A stretch of 64,000 nucleotides of DNA, taken from Schmidtea polychroa. Taxonomy: Eukaryota. Position 1 is the stretch's first letter, and each line of letters begins with the position of its first letter. Location of the stretch: NCBI GenBank assembly GCA_044892525.1, contig CM097885.1, positions 24,182,001 through 24,246,000 on the forward strand, in the 5' to 3' direction. Below the pieces are notes generated by a model. The model was given only the letters and a program-made list of their open reading frames with translations, made no database searches and was not told the origin of the DNA. Positions 13,480 to 26,165 of the stretch are shown here, piece by piece. The translations under genes were made by a program, and so were the position numbers.

Positions 13480-13988
13480 GTAGATCCTTTAAAACATCTG
13501 TTTCGCAATCGAATGCCAATCGCAACCTAGCCTGGAATCCTTCGGCGTTTTTCAGTGTTTTGGCGTACACTTCCAGGAGATCCTCATCAATCATGCAAGA
13601 TGTTAATCTTTCATGATCTTTCTTCTGCGTGATTCCCTTGGCGTCGAAATAAATTTCGCATCTTTTAATGAACTTTTCCAAGTCGTCACCTTGGCAGAAT
13701 ACCTTTGGTAGCAATCTTTCGGTGATTGCGTCAGTGTTTACCGCTGCCACCATATTAGGATGTTCATCCTGTAAAACATTAAAATCAGTGTTTGTTTCCA
13801 TAAATTTTATTTCAGTAAATATCAGTATCAAATTATATCTTCTTTAAACTTTCTTATTTAAACAAATTTTCTACGAAGATATTTTTAATTAAAATATCTT
13901 TTTATTATTTTTTTAAAAATTAATCTAAAATTTTATTTTTAAAATTTTATATTTAAAAATTTCTTCATCATAAAACTTCCTCATAATA
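13480..13988 (-). mobile_element. Gypsy LTR retrotransposon 5' remnant: LTR (13753-13988), tRNA-Leu-type PBS (13740-13752), gag 5' part
   Basis: ORF MVAAVNTDAITERLLPKVFCQGDDLEKF... is homologous to the zinc-knuckle-bearing ORF at 17769-18470. PBS TGGTGGCAGCGGT. The LTR boundaries agree with the solo copy at 37136-37358. Confidence 0.75.
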
Positions 13989-14010
13989 TATCTTATGATT
14001 ATTAAGTCTT

Positions 14011-14460
14011 TCATTCAGACGACAATGTCAGGTTCCAGCACTTTTTTTGATTGTTTCCATTGGCTACGATTTTGATTGAAATATTTTTTCTTTCTTTTTT
14101 TGGTTGACAATGTTGGAGATGTATGTTCACCGAAGATTTCCCACCAGGATCTAGATGTTCTTTAACTCTTTGGTGCAAGGTCCTGAGTGTACTTACAATG
14201 TATATTTCCTTGCATAAATTGCACGTGATGCAATAAACATAGTTTTTTTCTAAAGCACACATCTTTCGGTGTCTGGCAGTTTTCCATTGTGCAATTGTTT
14301 TCTTTATTTGTGTTGTTTGCCAGAGTTTTACTCAATGTCCAAGATTTATGTGCTATCTGAATCGAACGACCGATGCGTTTAAGTTCTTTAAAGATCTCGA
14401 AATCCAGTAAGTCACTGATGAATGGGATATTAAGATAGAAATATTCCTTCTTCTTTTTCT
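14011..14460 (-). mobile_element. Penelope-like element C-terminus: linker and GIY-YIG endonuclease (frameshifted)
   Basis: LNIPFISD...; Cys-rich linker CTMENC...VC; then NYVYCITCNLCKEIYIVST.RTLHQRVKEH...SSVNIH, matching the PLE GIY-YIG pattern VYxIxCxxCxxxYIGxTxRxLxxRxxEH. Confidence 0.88.
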
Positions 14461-15592
14461 TCTCCAATTGATCCTCGTCAATCATGCATGCAGAGAATCT
14501 TTTCTGTTCATTTTATTTCTTTTTTATACCTTTATCATCGAAATAAATCTCGCATCTTCTAATGAACTTCTCCGAGTCATCAATTTAACAAACGACCTTT
14601 GGCAACAATCTTTTGGTGATCTTATCGGTGTAAACTGCTGACACTATATAACAAGGGTGGGCACGCATGGGTTCAATAAGAGCCATTTTCCGAAAATTTA
14701 TTTTTTACAGAGCCACCATAGTAAAGTACATATTTTTTTTATTTCATTAATTTGATTAAAGAGACTTAAACGCTATTAAAAAAAACAAAATAATTATTTC
14801 AAACATTAAGTAACAAACATAAAAATCCATTAATAAAAAGTAATAAAATTTCTTGAATTAACGAAGACTTTTGGTCAAATCTTTGAAATTTGGTGTATAC
14901 TTTGTTAAAGCTGTTCGCAGCAATTCTGTAAGATGCTGATTGGTCAACTGTGAACGATATTTCGACTTTACGAACTTCATTGTGGAGTACAAAGATTCAC
15001 AACAATATGTTGTACCAAAAATTGATATTTTCGTTTTTTGATGTTTTCTGATGTCATTATAATAATAAATTTAAATAACTATATGGCTGAAATTTAAACA
15101 AAATAATAAAAAGACATTAATTTAATTTTAATTAGTTTAAAATTTTAAAATGCTTCATAAAAAAATCTTCTTACCAAATTTTTCAAAAAACACGAATAGA
15201 AAACTATACTAAAATATACAAACGACCGCAATCTTGTACAAACAAAATAATAACCAATCAAAATTCACTAAATTTATTTTTGATGCTTCTCTCTCGTTGT
15301 TATAACAAAGCGCCGCCTACTACAAAATAATTTTAAAAAGCAGTAAAATGTGAAAAACAATGTTTCGTTAATTTTTGACATTTATGAAAATACAATTGCA
15401 ACAAAAAATTTTTTCTCAAAACATTTAGTGAAAAATTTCAAAATAAAAAATCGAATTCGATTATCAAGAATTCAATTATCAATGAGCAGCAGTTTACTCA
15501 ACGAAGAGCCGCATTTGCCCACCGTTGCTATATAAGGATTCTCATTCGTTAAAACATTAATATTGGTTTGCAAATTATTAGATAACTCCATA
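14461..15592 (-). mobile_element. Diverged gag 5' fragment, PBS and LTR end, interrupted by a hAT element
   Basis: 14461-14643 is homologous to the gag 5' region. The sequence resumes as ggattctcattcgttaaaacatt (LTR 3' end) after the hAT insertion. Confidence 0.7.
14652..15527 (-). mobile_element. Non-autonomous hAT (Charlie/SPIN-type) deletion derivative, 876 bp
   Basis: TIR CAAGGGTGGGCA / TGCCCACCGTTG (11/12). Perfect 8-bp TSD CTATATAA at 14644-14651 and 15528-15535. Internal dimerisation-domain remnant IFGTTYCCESLYSTMKFVKSKYRSQLTNQHL on the minus strand at ~14860-15030. Confidence 0.92.
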
Positions 15593-16189
15593 GCTAAATA
15601 GCTTCTTTATAAAGAAATCATATATTTGGTCACCATTTTCGAATTTCCTAGAACATCTTGTAAATTATCGTTTTTAATCAGATTCAAAAGATAAGGTCAC
15701 AATTCCAAGTATTTATTAATATTTCCTTGTTTAATTCATGTCCAAATATTTTATCAACTAACTCTTCTATAATCGTGAAATAATTTTTGGGCTCCTTGTA
15801 TTTATGTATTTTTTACTACAATATATTTCGACAGAATCACTGTGATCTTCAGGAAGAATTGAAATTCAAAACCAACATCTGAACATCTTCTAAGCAAGAA
15901 CAGAAATAGACTAAATTCATAATTTTTATCACATATATCCAATTTAATCATTGATAGTTATTCTTTCATTAACATTCTACATCTCTTCATCAATTCCAAA
16001 GAGCTTCTATTGAGTAATAGAAAAAAAACAAAGTGTCACTTTCAAATTTATTATAACAATCACTATTTAATGGCATTGATTTAGATATAACGAAAAGCAC
16101 TAAATCTAATATATATATTTTACTACAATATATTTCAACAAAATCACTGTGGTCTTCAGGTAGAATTAAAATTCAAACTAAATCAATCG

Positions 16190-17280
16190 AAATTGCTCTT
16201 TCTCTTAATTTCTTTTTTAAACATTGAATAGCCTCTTTTGGTTCGATAGATGTGTATAGTGATAAGACATCAATACTGAATGGGTATTTGAATTCTCTAT
16301 GAGAAGTTTTGTTATTATTTAATCTTGTCATGAGGCAGTCGCTGCTTTAAAGATGGTGTGGTCCAATAAAGGTTTCAAGATCTTTGCAAGGAGCCAACTT
16401 GTTTTAGTTGTTGGTCCATTTTTGTTGAACACTATAGGCCTATTTTTGATAGCAGAATCCTCTTTGTGAGTTTTAATTAGGTGGTAGAAGTTTGGAAGAT
16501 CAGAATTTTTTGTGACGAAGCTGTTGGTTATTCTGTTGCTGAGCTTCATTTCCAAAGCTATGGCTTTCCATACTTTGTTGATCTTCATTTCGATATTGTT
16601 TGGTGACATGCGGCTGACTTTCTTGTATGTTTCGATATTGCCGAGGTGTTCGTAACCAGCTTCACAGTACCGATTCTTCTCTATAATGCAAAATTCTCCC
16701 CCTTGTCACTTGGTAAGTAAACGTATGGTTTCTTTTCGAGGGATTTTAATATTGCTTGTTCATCTTTCGATAGGTTTGAGAGTTATGGTTTTCTTTTTTC
16801 CTTCTCAACTATCTCCATAATTTTGTGACAGACCTTTGAGAGTGTTGAATCTAATTCTGCATCAGGATTTAGTTGATAGAGTTTATCTGCGTTTATGTAT
16901 ACTGGGAGCTTTTCTTCGCTATTTTCATTTTCATGAGGTATTGTATTGTTCCATTTGATCTGGTACGCAATGCGACAAAAAGTTGTTTTGAAATTGAGGA
17001 TGGCTGCTTCATCTATTTTTCTGTTTATACTGAACTTTGGTCCTAGTGAAAGTTATCTTTTTGCACCTTCGGATAGACAATTTGTGAGGTCGGTTACCGA
17101 TTATTTGTTCAATGTAATGCTGTCGTTTCCATCCAGTGTTTTTTTTTTGATTCTTTTGTCTAATCACAGGGAATAATGTGCTTCTGCTGTCATGAAAGTT
17201 TGTCTTTGTACCTATTAAATCAATTCTTTTGGGTGGTTTTTCAAATAAGGTTTCTTGATTTCGTTGATTCGAGCTAAAAA
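16190..17280 (-). mobile_element. Penelope-like element N-terminal region and RT 5' half (decayed)
   Basis: LPSDKG(G)-type motif, LPNFYHLIKTHK...RPIV...GPT, and YPFSIDVLSLYTSI are typical PLE RT motifs. Broken by stops and frameshifts; the catalytic xDD region is absent. Confidence 0.85.
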
Positions 17281-17366
17281 TTTGCTAAGCTAATTATAGA
17301 AACTTTATAAAAAAATAATATAATATAAAAATAATATAATAGTATAATATCCAAATGTGGATGTTT

Positions 17367-17768
17367 TTATACATAATTTTCGGTTAATTGTCTATTATTG
17401 TAATAAGTAAAAACATTAATTATTAAACCTGAATTTTTGGCTTCAAATTTCCTAATATCTTTTAGTTTCATTGGTAAATCTGACGAATCGTATGCAAGGT
17501 CAGATAAATTATTACTTGATGTCCTATTTCTGGAATAACTACAAATCTCATCATATTTTAAAATAGCTAAAATGCTATATAGAAAACATGAATCATCAGT
17601 GTTTTTTATATTAATTAAACAATATTTATTTTTCAAATAAGTTGGTGTTTCAATAAAACTCCTACCACTTAACCTACTTATTTTAGTTATAGTGAAATGG
17701 ATTTCTGTTATATTTTTTATAATCCAACTACTTCCTAACTCTGTAATACTAGTGATTTTTTCGTTTAA
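17367..17768 (-). mobile_element. Polinton/Maverick PolB N-terminal fragment, fused in frame to gag
   Basis: GSSW...SFIETP.YLKNK.CLINIKNTDDSCFLYSILA...LPMKLKDIRKFEAKN...INVF matches the conserved N-terminal block of Polinton/adintovirus PolB. Confidence 0.8.
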
Positions 17769-18470
17769 TGTCCAGCACTCTATCTTACTTCTTACTGGAC
17801 ATTCTATTTTCGTGTGGCCTATTTTGTGGCATAGCCAGCACTCTGGTTCTTCTCGTCGCCTGACTTCTTCTCTTTCATCTTTCTGCTTGTACTGTCCTCT
17901 TCTCTGTGGATCCTCATAGACCACTCTTGCATAACTTTTCAAAGCGTTGATATGATTTCTCTGCCTGTCCACTTTATCCATCAGAATTCATGTTTCATTT
18001 ATCTCCTGTGTGCTTTTTATCTTCCGCAATATTACTTCTTTCTCAACTTCTTTATTCTCAACACATACTATCAACATCTTTGCTGTTATTTTCTCTTTGG
18101 TGAATTCTTTATTCTCAAACAACCTGTCAACAAGGTCCTCCACTTTTTAAAAATATGTTTCAATCTCTTCGCCTCTTCTTTTATAATTCAATAAACTTTC
18201 CATATCCTTTATTACGTCTCTTTCGTAATCAAATGCCATTTGTAACCTGGCTTGAAATCCTTCTGCTTTTTTAACTGTTTTCGCATATTTCTCCAATAGA
18301 TCCTCGTCGATCATGCATGCGGTGAATCTTTCTTGTTCTTTTTTATTGATGCCTTTAGCATCGAAATAGATCTCGGATCTTCTGATGAATTTTTCCAAGT
18401 CATCACCTTGACAGAACACTTTTGGCAATAATCTTTCGGTAATCGCGTCGGTGTTTACCGCTGCCACCAT
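17769..18470 (-). pseudogene. Gypsy-type gag with CCHC zinc knuckle (copy C), two in-frame stops
   Basis: One reading frame from ATG 18470 through TAA (18147-18149) and TGA (~17989) to CWLCHKIGHTKIEC and the start of a second knuckle (ECWT). PBS at 18457-18469. Confidence 0.85.
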
Positions 18471-19163
18471 ATTAGGATTCTCATCCGTTTTTAAATCACT
18501 AAATAATTCCATAAATTTTCTTTAATAAAAGATATTTCAATTCGGGTAAAGTATACCTATAAAATAAAAATTTAATAAAAAAATATTATAATTTAAATGA
18601 TATATTTTAATAAATGTTTACGCAAAAATTTGCAAATCATTATTATTTATTACAATGAATATTTACAAAATTTATTTTACAAATTTTATTTACTAAAAAC
18701 TAAAAGTTTACTAAATTAAAAATATTAACATATACTAAAATAAAAAATTATATTAAATTTCCTTTAAATTATAAAAAGGAATCAATACTTACATTGTAAA
18801 TATTCATTTCGATTTATTGACATCAATTTTCTCTTTATTCGTCTTACCTAAATTATTAATTAATTAAATCAATAAATTAAAAATTATGTTTACTTTTTCT
18901 TTTCAAATTTCCTTTAATCTTCGATTTCAAATTGTCTTCATTAATATTATGTAACTAAATAAATTATTTAATTAATCAATAAATTAAAATTTACCAAATT
19001 TCTGAATTTTTTTCTCGGACATTCATAACGTTTTCTATTAAAGAATTCATTTTTAAAGTAACATATTTGTAAAATGTGACTAATGATAGATTATTGTTTA
19101 TAGACTGAAGATAATAAACAGGAACAAATTCTTACCAATCAAAATCAAAAAAAGTTAGGAAAA

Positions 19164-19209
<46 letters not shown>

Positions 19210-21053
19210 CGTTGCGGTATTTTAAAATTAAAATTTATTTTAAAAATCCATTTTGACGCTAAAGTCGATTTATATAACAAAGACATAATAAACTCATTAT
19301 TTCCTACAAATATTTCAACCATCAAATACCTACCTAGAGATGATATATATTGATTGATCATAATAGCAAACTAAATCACAAATTTCAGTATATCTTACAA
19401 TAATTTTCAAGTAAATTTGAAGTCTTTGATAAAGTTAACTGGTTTCTTAGCTTATGTGTTTTTAAAAGTTCATCAATGTGTAAATGAAAATATTCTTAGA
19501 AAAGTATTGAAAAGATTATTGAGTCAAATGCAATACAAAGTCATCTAAACTTTAACCTATTACTTGATTATTAACCTAACAGTCATTAAAAAAAATTAAT
19601 TTTTTTTTTAAATTTAGCAAATTATCAAGAAATTCAATTAAAATCTCACCATTAAAACTTTAAATTTTTTATCAATCAACATGAAATTCTTAGAAAATAT
19701 ACAAAAAACTACTTAGTCAAATTCAATTACATTACAAAGTCATATCCTATCACTTGATAATTAACCTAACTGTCATTAAAAATAATTTTTATTTAAAATT
19801 AAAAATCAATCAATAAAAATTCATCCAATTTTCAAGAAAATAATTAAATTTATCTTAGAACTAACTTTAAATTTTTAAATATTCATTCAATCCACATGAA
19901 ATTCACGAAAATGATAAAAGTTTTGCTCAAAAACCATCAACTCTAAAAAAAATAATAATGAATAGACTCCAAAATATATCTAAAAAATCTTTCAAATTAA
20001 TTCATTAAAATTGAAAACAACACGCTGGAATTTGTCATTACATTCAATTAAAATTAACTAAATCAAGATATGAACTTTGATAAAAAATATTATTGTAAAA
20101 TGGTTAGAATTAACACTGTAGTGTTCTTTAAATCTAATTAACTTAGTCATAATTTTCTTTAATTATTACTACTAATTCTCATCATCTTTCAAAATTTATT
20201 ACTTAATTTAAAATTGCATCCTTTAATTTTCTTAATTTTAAATTTTAGCATTTAATTTACCAAAAATAGCATTTAATTACTTTTTTTAAATTTATGTCTT
20301 ATTATTATTTCATAAAAAATCTATTTAAATTTATCATTGAAAATTATTTCAAAAAGATTTGCATCTGAAATTGTCAATTCTCATCGTTGATAGTTTTTCA
20401 AAATATCTGACAATAAATTATTACTGTAATTTTAAAATTTTTACTTTAATTTACTTAATTTAAAAGTATTACTATAATTTAAAAATTTTAATTTTAATTA
20501 AATTCTAGACCATTGATTACTCAAGTATAAAATTTTAAACCTTAATTTACCTATTTATCATTAATTTACTTTAATTTAACCCTTTATTTACTTAATTTAG
20601 CCCTTGTTTACCAAATATAGAAGTTTAAAATATAGACCATTGATTACTTTAATTTAAAAATGTATCCCTTAATTTACATAATTTCCATCTAAAATTAATT
20701 CATTAAAATATTTATATAAAATTGTCATAGAAAAATATTTTATAAAAGTTTTCATTTTAAATTTTCATTTCTCATCAGATGATAGTTATTCAGAATATCT
20801 GACAATAAATTATTAATTTAATTTAAAATTTTACATTAATTTACTTCAATTTAAAATTTTGAACCTAATTACTTAATTTAGAATTTGAGACCTTAATTAC
20901 TTTATTTTAAAACTTAACCTTAATTCACCTATTTAATTTAATTTACTTAATTTTAAAATTTTTTCCTTAAATTAATAATTTGAACCCTTAATTTACTTAA
21001 GTTTAAAAATTTAGAACTTAATTTAAAATTTTGGACCATAATTTACCTATTTA
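18054..21053. repeat. Copy C of the duplicated segment
   Basis: Near-identical to 5779-8718. Ends at a TA where a Tc1-like terminus (CAGGGTTTC) begins. Confidence 0.92.
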
Positions 21054-21440
21054 CAGGGTTTCTCAAAAATTTTAATCCGTTTGTCAAATGTCTTAATCCA
21101 TTTTTCAAAAGTCGTCATCATTTTTTCAAAAGTCTTAATCCATTTTTTCAAAAAAAAGTTTTATTTAAAAAAAATATTAAATGAAGTAAATAATATTTGA
21201 GCGATTATATAATTAAATAAACATAAAAACCCGGGAATTCAAAAATTATCATTTAAAAAGGTTCTCTTCTGGCTGCTTTTCTTATGAAACTTTTCATATG
21301 TTGAACATACTGCAAACAATCTTCGGGCGTAATATCCAAGTGGGCACTGGCTATAGCCCGCAATAACTCATCTGCTTGATTGCATTCCATCGATTTAACA
21401 ATATATTTCCATTTTGAAAACACCTCTTCAATTAAGTTAA
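21054..21440 (-). mobile_element. Tc1/IS630-type transposon 3' end remnant
   Basis: TA-CAGGGTTTC terminus with ~21-bp sub-repeats, similar to the terminus at 45545. Minus-strand NLIEEVFSKWKYIVK...ITPEDCLQYVQHM...ARREPF* is the region following the LNPIE motif. Confidence 0.75.
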
Positions 21441-21700
21441 CAAAGAATCGATAATATCCAACCGGTATTCTGATTGGTTAGATGTTATCGATGCTTTGTA
21501 TATCTTTTCAAATGATCGAGAGGTAATTATTATTTTTGTAAAATTTTTATGATTTAAATTTTTTATAATTAAATTTTTTATTAATATTTTAACTTTTTAT
21601 GAAACAAATTTTATGAAAACAATTTATGAAATTTTGTTATGAAATCAATTTATGAAACAAATTTATGAATATTTTATGAAGAAATGGGTATGTTATTATT

Positions 21701-21790
<90 letters not shown>

Positions 21791-21879
21791 ATTATTATTA
21801 TTATTCTGTAGCGACATGTAGCGATGAATGATCGCGGGGGGTATAAGATGAGTCATGGAGCACACTTGTCTCTACTTAA

Positions 21880-22215
21880 GAACCTTGATTCTGTCATTGG
21901 AAAGTTCAAAGACGAGAATAAAGGTCTTAAATATAAGGAATGGGTTTTTCTTAGACCTAAAAGTTATAGCTTGTTGGGTTTTGAGGAAACAAAAGAAGGC
22001 TAAAGGTGTAACATTGAAAGGTAGTGACATAAATCATCAGTCAAACCTGGATTGTTACAATAAAAATCAAATTTTTTCGATTCCTCAAACAAAAATAACA
22101 ATCAAAAACCATCAAATTTATACAATAAAAAATACTAAAATAGCACTTAAAAATGCAGATGACAAAATGGTTTGGGTGGGGAAAATGCTAGTTTTGTATA
22201 TGGGTATGTAAGATT
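21880..22215 (+). mobile_element. Polinton/Maverick PolB C-terminal fragment (frameshifted)
   Basis: LDSVIGKFKDE..EWVFLRPKSYSLL in one frame, then KKAKGV...NHQIYTIKNTKIAL..ADDK. Homologous to 2328-2510. Confidence 0.8.
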
Positions 22216-22390
22216 AAATCAATTAAATGATGGAGAAATTGATGGAGAAATGGATGGAGAAGTTGACTTTGATGATGTCATTTTCTCTGATGAAGATTGA
22301 CTTTATTAAATAAAAAATGTGTTTAGTTATGTGTCTAGTCATTTTTATGTGTTTAGTGAATTTTTATGTGTTGTATAGTATTTGGTTGAA

Positions 22391-22429
<39 letters not shown>

Positions 22430-23094
22430 TTTTTATTATTCCATTAAAATATTTATTAAAAATTAATCTAAAAAAAATTTCATTGAAAATTAAATTAAAA
22501 AATTAATCTATAAAAGATTTCATTAAAAATTACTTAAAAAATTATTTCATAAAAATTTCCACTAAAAATTATCTTAAAAAATTAATATATAAAATATTTC
22601 ATTAAAATTTGACTTAAAAATTTATTCCATAAAACATTTCATTAAAAAATTTAATTCTCAAACACCGAGTATTATTATAACTTTTGTTTAAAAAATTTTA
22701 AAATCTTACTTTAATTACTAATTACATTACTTTAATTATTTAAAAAATTATTACTTTAATTTACTTATTTAACTTTAATTTAAAATTTTGAACCAGTGAT
22801 GTTCAATAATTAATGTTTATTAATTATATTTGTTTTAACAATACAAAGGACACGTTGGATTAGAAATTTAAATATACTTCATTTATTAATTGTTATTTAT
22901 TATTATGAGTTGTGAAGAAATTGTAACTGAACCTTAATTTACTTTAATTTTAAATTTTAGACCATAATTTATTTATTTGAGCCCATTGATTACTTTAATC
23001 GAAAAATTTGAACCTTAATTCAAAAATCCGAACATTAATTTATTTTAATTTAATTTTTTAGAACCTTAATTTACTTTAATCGAAAAATCTGACT

Positions 23095-24942
23095 ACTACT
23101 TCACGATGTCAAAATGATTTTTCCAGAATTCTTGGAGGGTAAGATTTGTTCCTTTAGGTACCTCAAAGCATCGCTGAAATCGCTTTGGTGTTAAACAGCC
23201 ATGCACAAACTTTTCAACGCTGTAGGCCACATTAGCAAATTAATAATTGAATGTGGGCGACAGGACAATTACAAAAACTAAAACTTTAGAACAAGTTATT
23301 ATTATTACTATACCAGAAGGCTTTGATAAATTTAAATTCTGTTTATGCACGCTAGATAGTAATGCCTCTAATAAATTCGATCTTTTTGTTTGACCTTTCA
23401 TTGGATAAAGTTCGACAAGCTCTTCAAAAATTTCATAATCTGATGTTATACAACGGGCATATATACATAATTGAGCAACTGAAGTAACATTGGTAGATTC
23501 ATCAACGGCTAACGAAAATTTGATACAATTTTTGAATATGTTTGAAAATTTAGTCACAATATCAGCTGAAATATAAAAAAATATTGTATTGTCATTCGGT
23601 TTAAACTTAGTGCTTCAAATTTCGAGGTGCATTTTGTACAGCCTTTTTTTCGATGCCACGATAAAGCATTTTTTTACAAAATCACCATCAGTATACGGTC
23701 CTGACAATTTAGCTATTAAATGAGAAATATCAAAGCTTACTTCAACTGCTTGCTCTGTGGACTCATTGCACTTTTTAAAAATATTTTGTTGTGCTTGTAG
23801 TGATTGGACCATTGAAGTAATTTGTTGTTTTCTTAAAACACCAGAATACTTTTCATCAAAATCAAAATGTTTAATTTGAAAATGTCTTTTTAAGTTATAA
23901 TCTTTTTCCACAGCAATTGTTGCTTTACAAATTAAACATATAATGTTACCTTAATGCTCGAAAAAACAAATCTTTTCTGTCCATTGCTCTTGGAATACTC
24001 GTCTTTCATCTTCTAACTTCTGTTTCTTAAGTTGTTTTGATACCGACATATTTTTTATGACTAAATTAAACAAAAAACTGAATAAAACTATGCAAAGTAC
24101 AAATTCAAACTGAAGAGTAAAAATAATTTCTTAAGTTAAAATTTTTATCACACCATTTGAAAAAGGTTGGGTTTGCATGTCATACTGAGATTCATTTTTT
24201 AAGTAATAACATAAAATATATCAAGCAATTAGAATTCATTTTTTATATATGCGGACATAAAAAAATCTCAACCAGTAATTGAGAGTACTTTTTTAGTGTC
24301 GTATCATTTCATATCGGATTATTTTCTTATGCATTTCAATGTAATTTCACAATTAGTATACAACAATTTTTTTATTTAAATATACAAATTATAAATAAAT
24401 TAGGGCCGCAGCAAATATAAAATCGGGCCGCGGGTTTTTTGCATGACTGGTGTAAAATTTTTAAAGTTCGAAATAACTTGCTGATCGATGGACTGAAGTA
24501 GCAAAGTGTTATTGGAAGGAAGGAGCTTCACCTTAATGAACTCAAATTCCTCCTGTAAGTCAACCTCGAAACTTGGAGAATGAACAGGGACATTATCCAT
24601 AATTAGCAAAACTTTTTAAAAGGTATTTTTTCACTGTAGAACCGAAGACCTCATTGATCCACTCAACGAACAAGTTACGATTGACCCAAGCTTTGCTGTT
24701 GGACCTCCACATAACGTCTAACTGACTCTTCTGTACCTATACTTCGTACGTATGCTGAGTAAATATGTAAAGCACACCGGCAGCAACCGATTGAAACCGA
24801 ACGTGACGTCTGGTAGACAAGCGTATACATGTTACCGTATTACAAAACTTAGCTCGCTTATCAAGTTACAATTTATTTTAAAAATTTTCTCGTCTTGGAA
24901 AATTCTCTTAAACAAAGTTACTCGCAATCCAAGGTTTTACTG
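23095..24942 (-). mobile_element. Tigger/pogo (DDE_1) transposon remnant, split by a hAT insertion
   Basis: VMWRSNSKAWV..., IMDNVPVH...LLPSNNTLLLQSIDQQVISNFK (24450-24740), continuing as FQRCFEV..GTNLTLQEFWK (23100-23190). Pogo-type terminus CAGTAAAACC with TA at 24942-24944. Confidence 0.8.
23196..24449 (-). mobile_element. hAT (Charlie/SPIN, GTF2IRD2-like) internally deleted element, 1254 bp
   Basis: TIRs CAGCCATGCA / CAGTCATGCA; TSD GTGTTAAA / GTGTAAAA (7/8). Decayed transposase KDYNLKRHF...DGDFVKKC...FSLAVDESTNVTSVAQL. Confidence 0.88.
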
Positions 24943-25924
24943 TAAATTGATCATTTATATCTACGGTCTGTCTACATAAAATGCATTTCTGAGTCTTTCG
25001 GATTCTAGAAGTATTCCCAACTCATCTTGACGAATAAATTCATTTGCATGTGTAATTTTATTCTTTTAAAAATACATTTAATCCAATCTAAAGATGCGGA
25101 AATTTATAAAAAGCTAAAAATAATAATGCCAATAATTTTAATAAATATTATTATTACAGGGTTATACATAAACTAAGTTTTTCCCTGGCGCCCACAGCGC
25201 AATATTTTTCCTTTTTATTGCATGCGTTTGAATCAGTTTGTTCGAAAACCAAAATAAATCTATACATTGCACTATTGGAAATTGCATCACATGTCATAAT
25301 CTAAGAGAAAGATATTGGTTTGCGTCAAAACGCACGTATGACGCGACGCATTAATATTTTTAAACTTTTTGAACTTAATTTATATTTGTCTTTAAATTCC
25401 ATCCATACATTGCACTATTGAAAATTGCTTCCCAGGAGTCCGCTTCTCATCGTAAAATTTGATCCCCAAAAGCAACTTCCCAGATTTTAGATTCAACAAA
25501 ATACACCCAAATTATAAGGATATTTGTATTAAAATTTTTAACGGCATACAAAATATATGTAGAAATATTTTCAAGTCAACTTTCCCTGAAAATGATTCTT
25601 TGGCCTGTCTATGTTTGGTAGCATTCGGCCCGAAAATTATTGAGAAATGAGAAAGTTGATAGTGTTAAAAAGCTATTGGTTTTGACTGTTCAATGTGGTC
25701 TCATATACCTATATGGTTATGGGGTCAATATAGAATGCAATAATATAATATAATAAAAATTGATTATTATTATTTATTTATTCTTTTGATTTACTTATAA
25801 CAATAAGTAAATTAAATGAATAAAATATAACTGAAAAATAAATTGAGCGTTCCAGAATCACAAATAAATAAATAAATAAATAATTTTGGGTATATATAAT
25901 ATATATTATATATAATATATGTGA

Positions 25925-26165
25925 TTAGCCTATTAGAAGAAAAGAGAATGAAATATAAGTTTACACCTCCTTTATCACTTCAATTAAATCCTATTGAGGA
26001 ATATTTTGGTTTTTTCAAATCTCAACTTTTAGCTTTTATGAATAATACCTTAGATTATACAAAAACATTCAGATATATTTAAAATTATGAAATGTGTAAT
26101 TTTGAGAGTTGATTTAGAAGTATGAAATGATTAATTGAAAAATACTTAGCAAGAAAAGAATCTAT
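25925..26165 (+). mobile_element. Tc1/IS630-type transposase C-terminal remnant
   Basis: YKFTPPLSLQLNPIEEYFGFFK resembles the conserved PPYSPxLNPIE motif. Confidence 0.6.
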
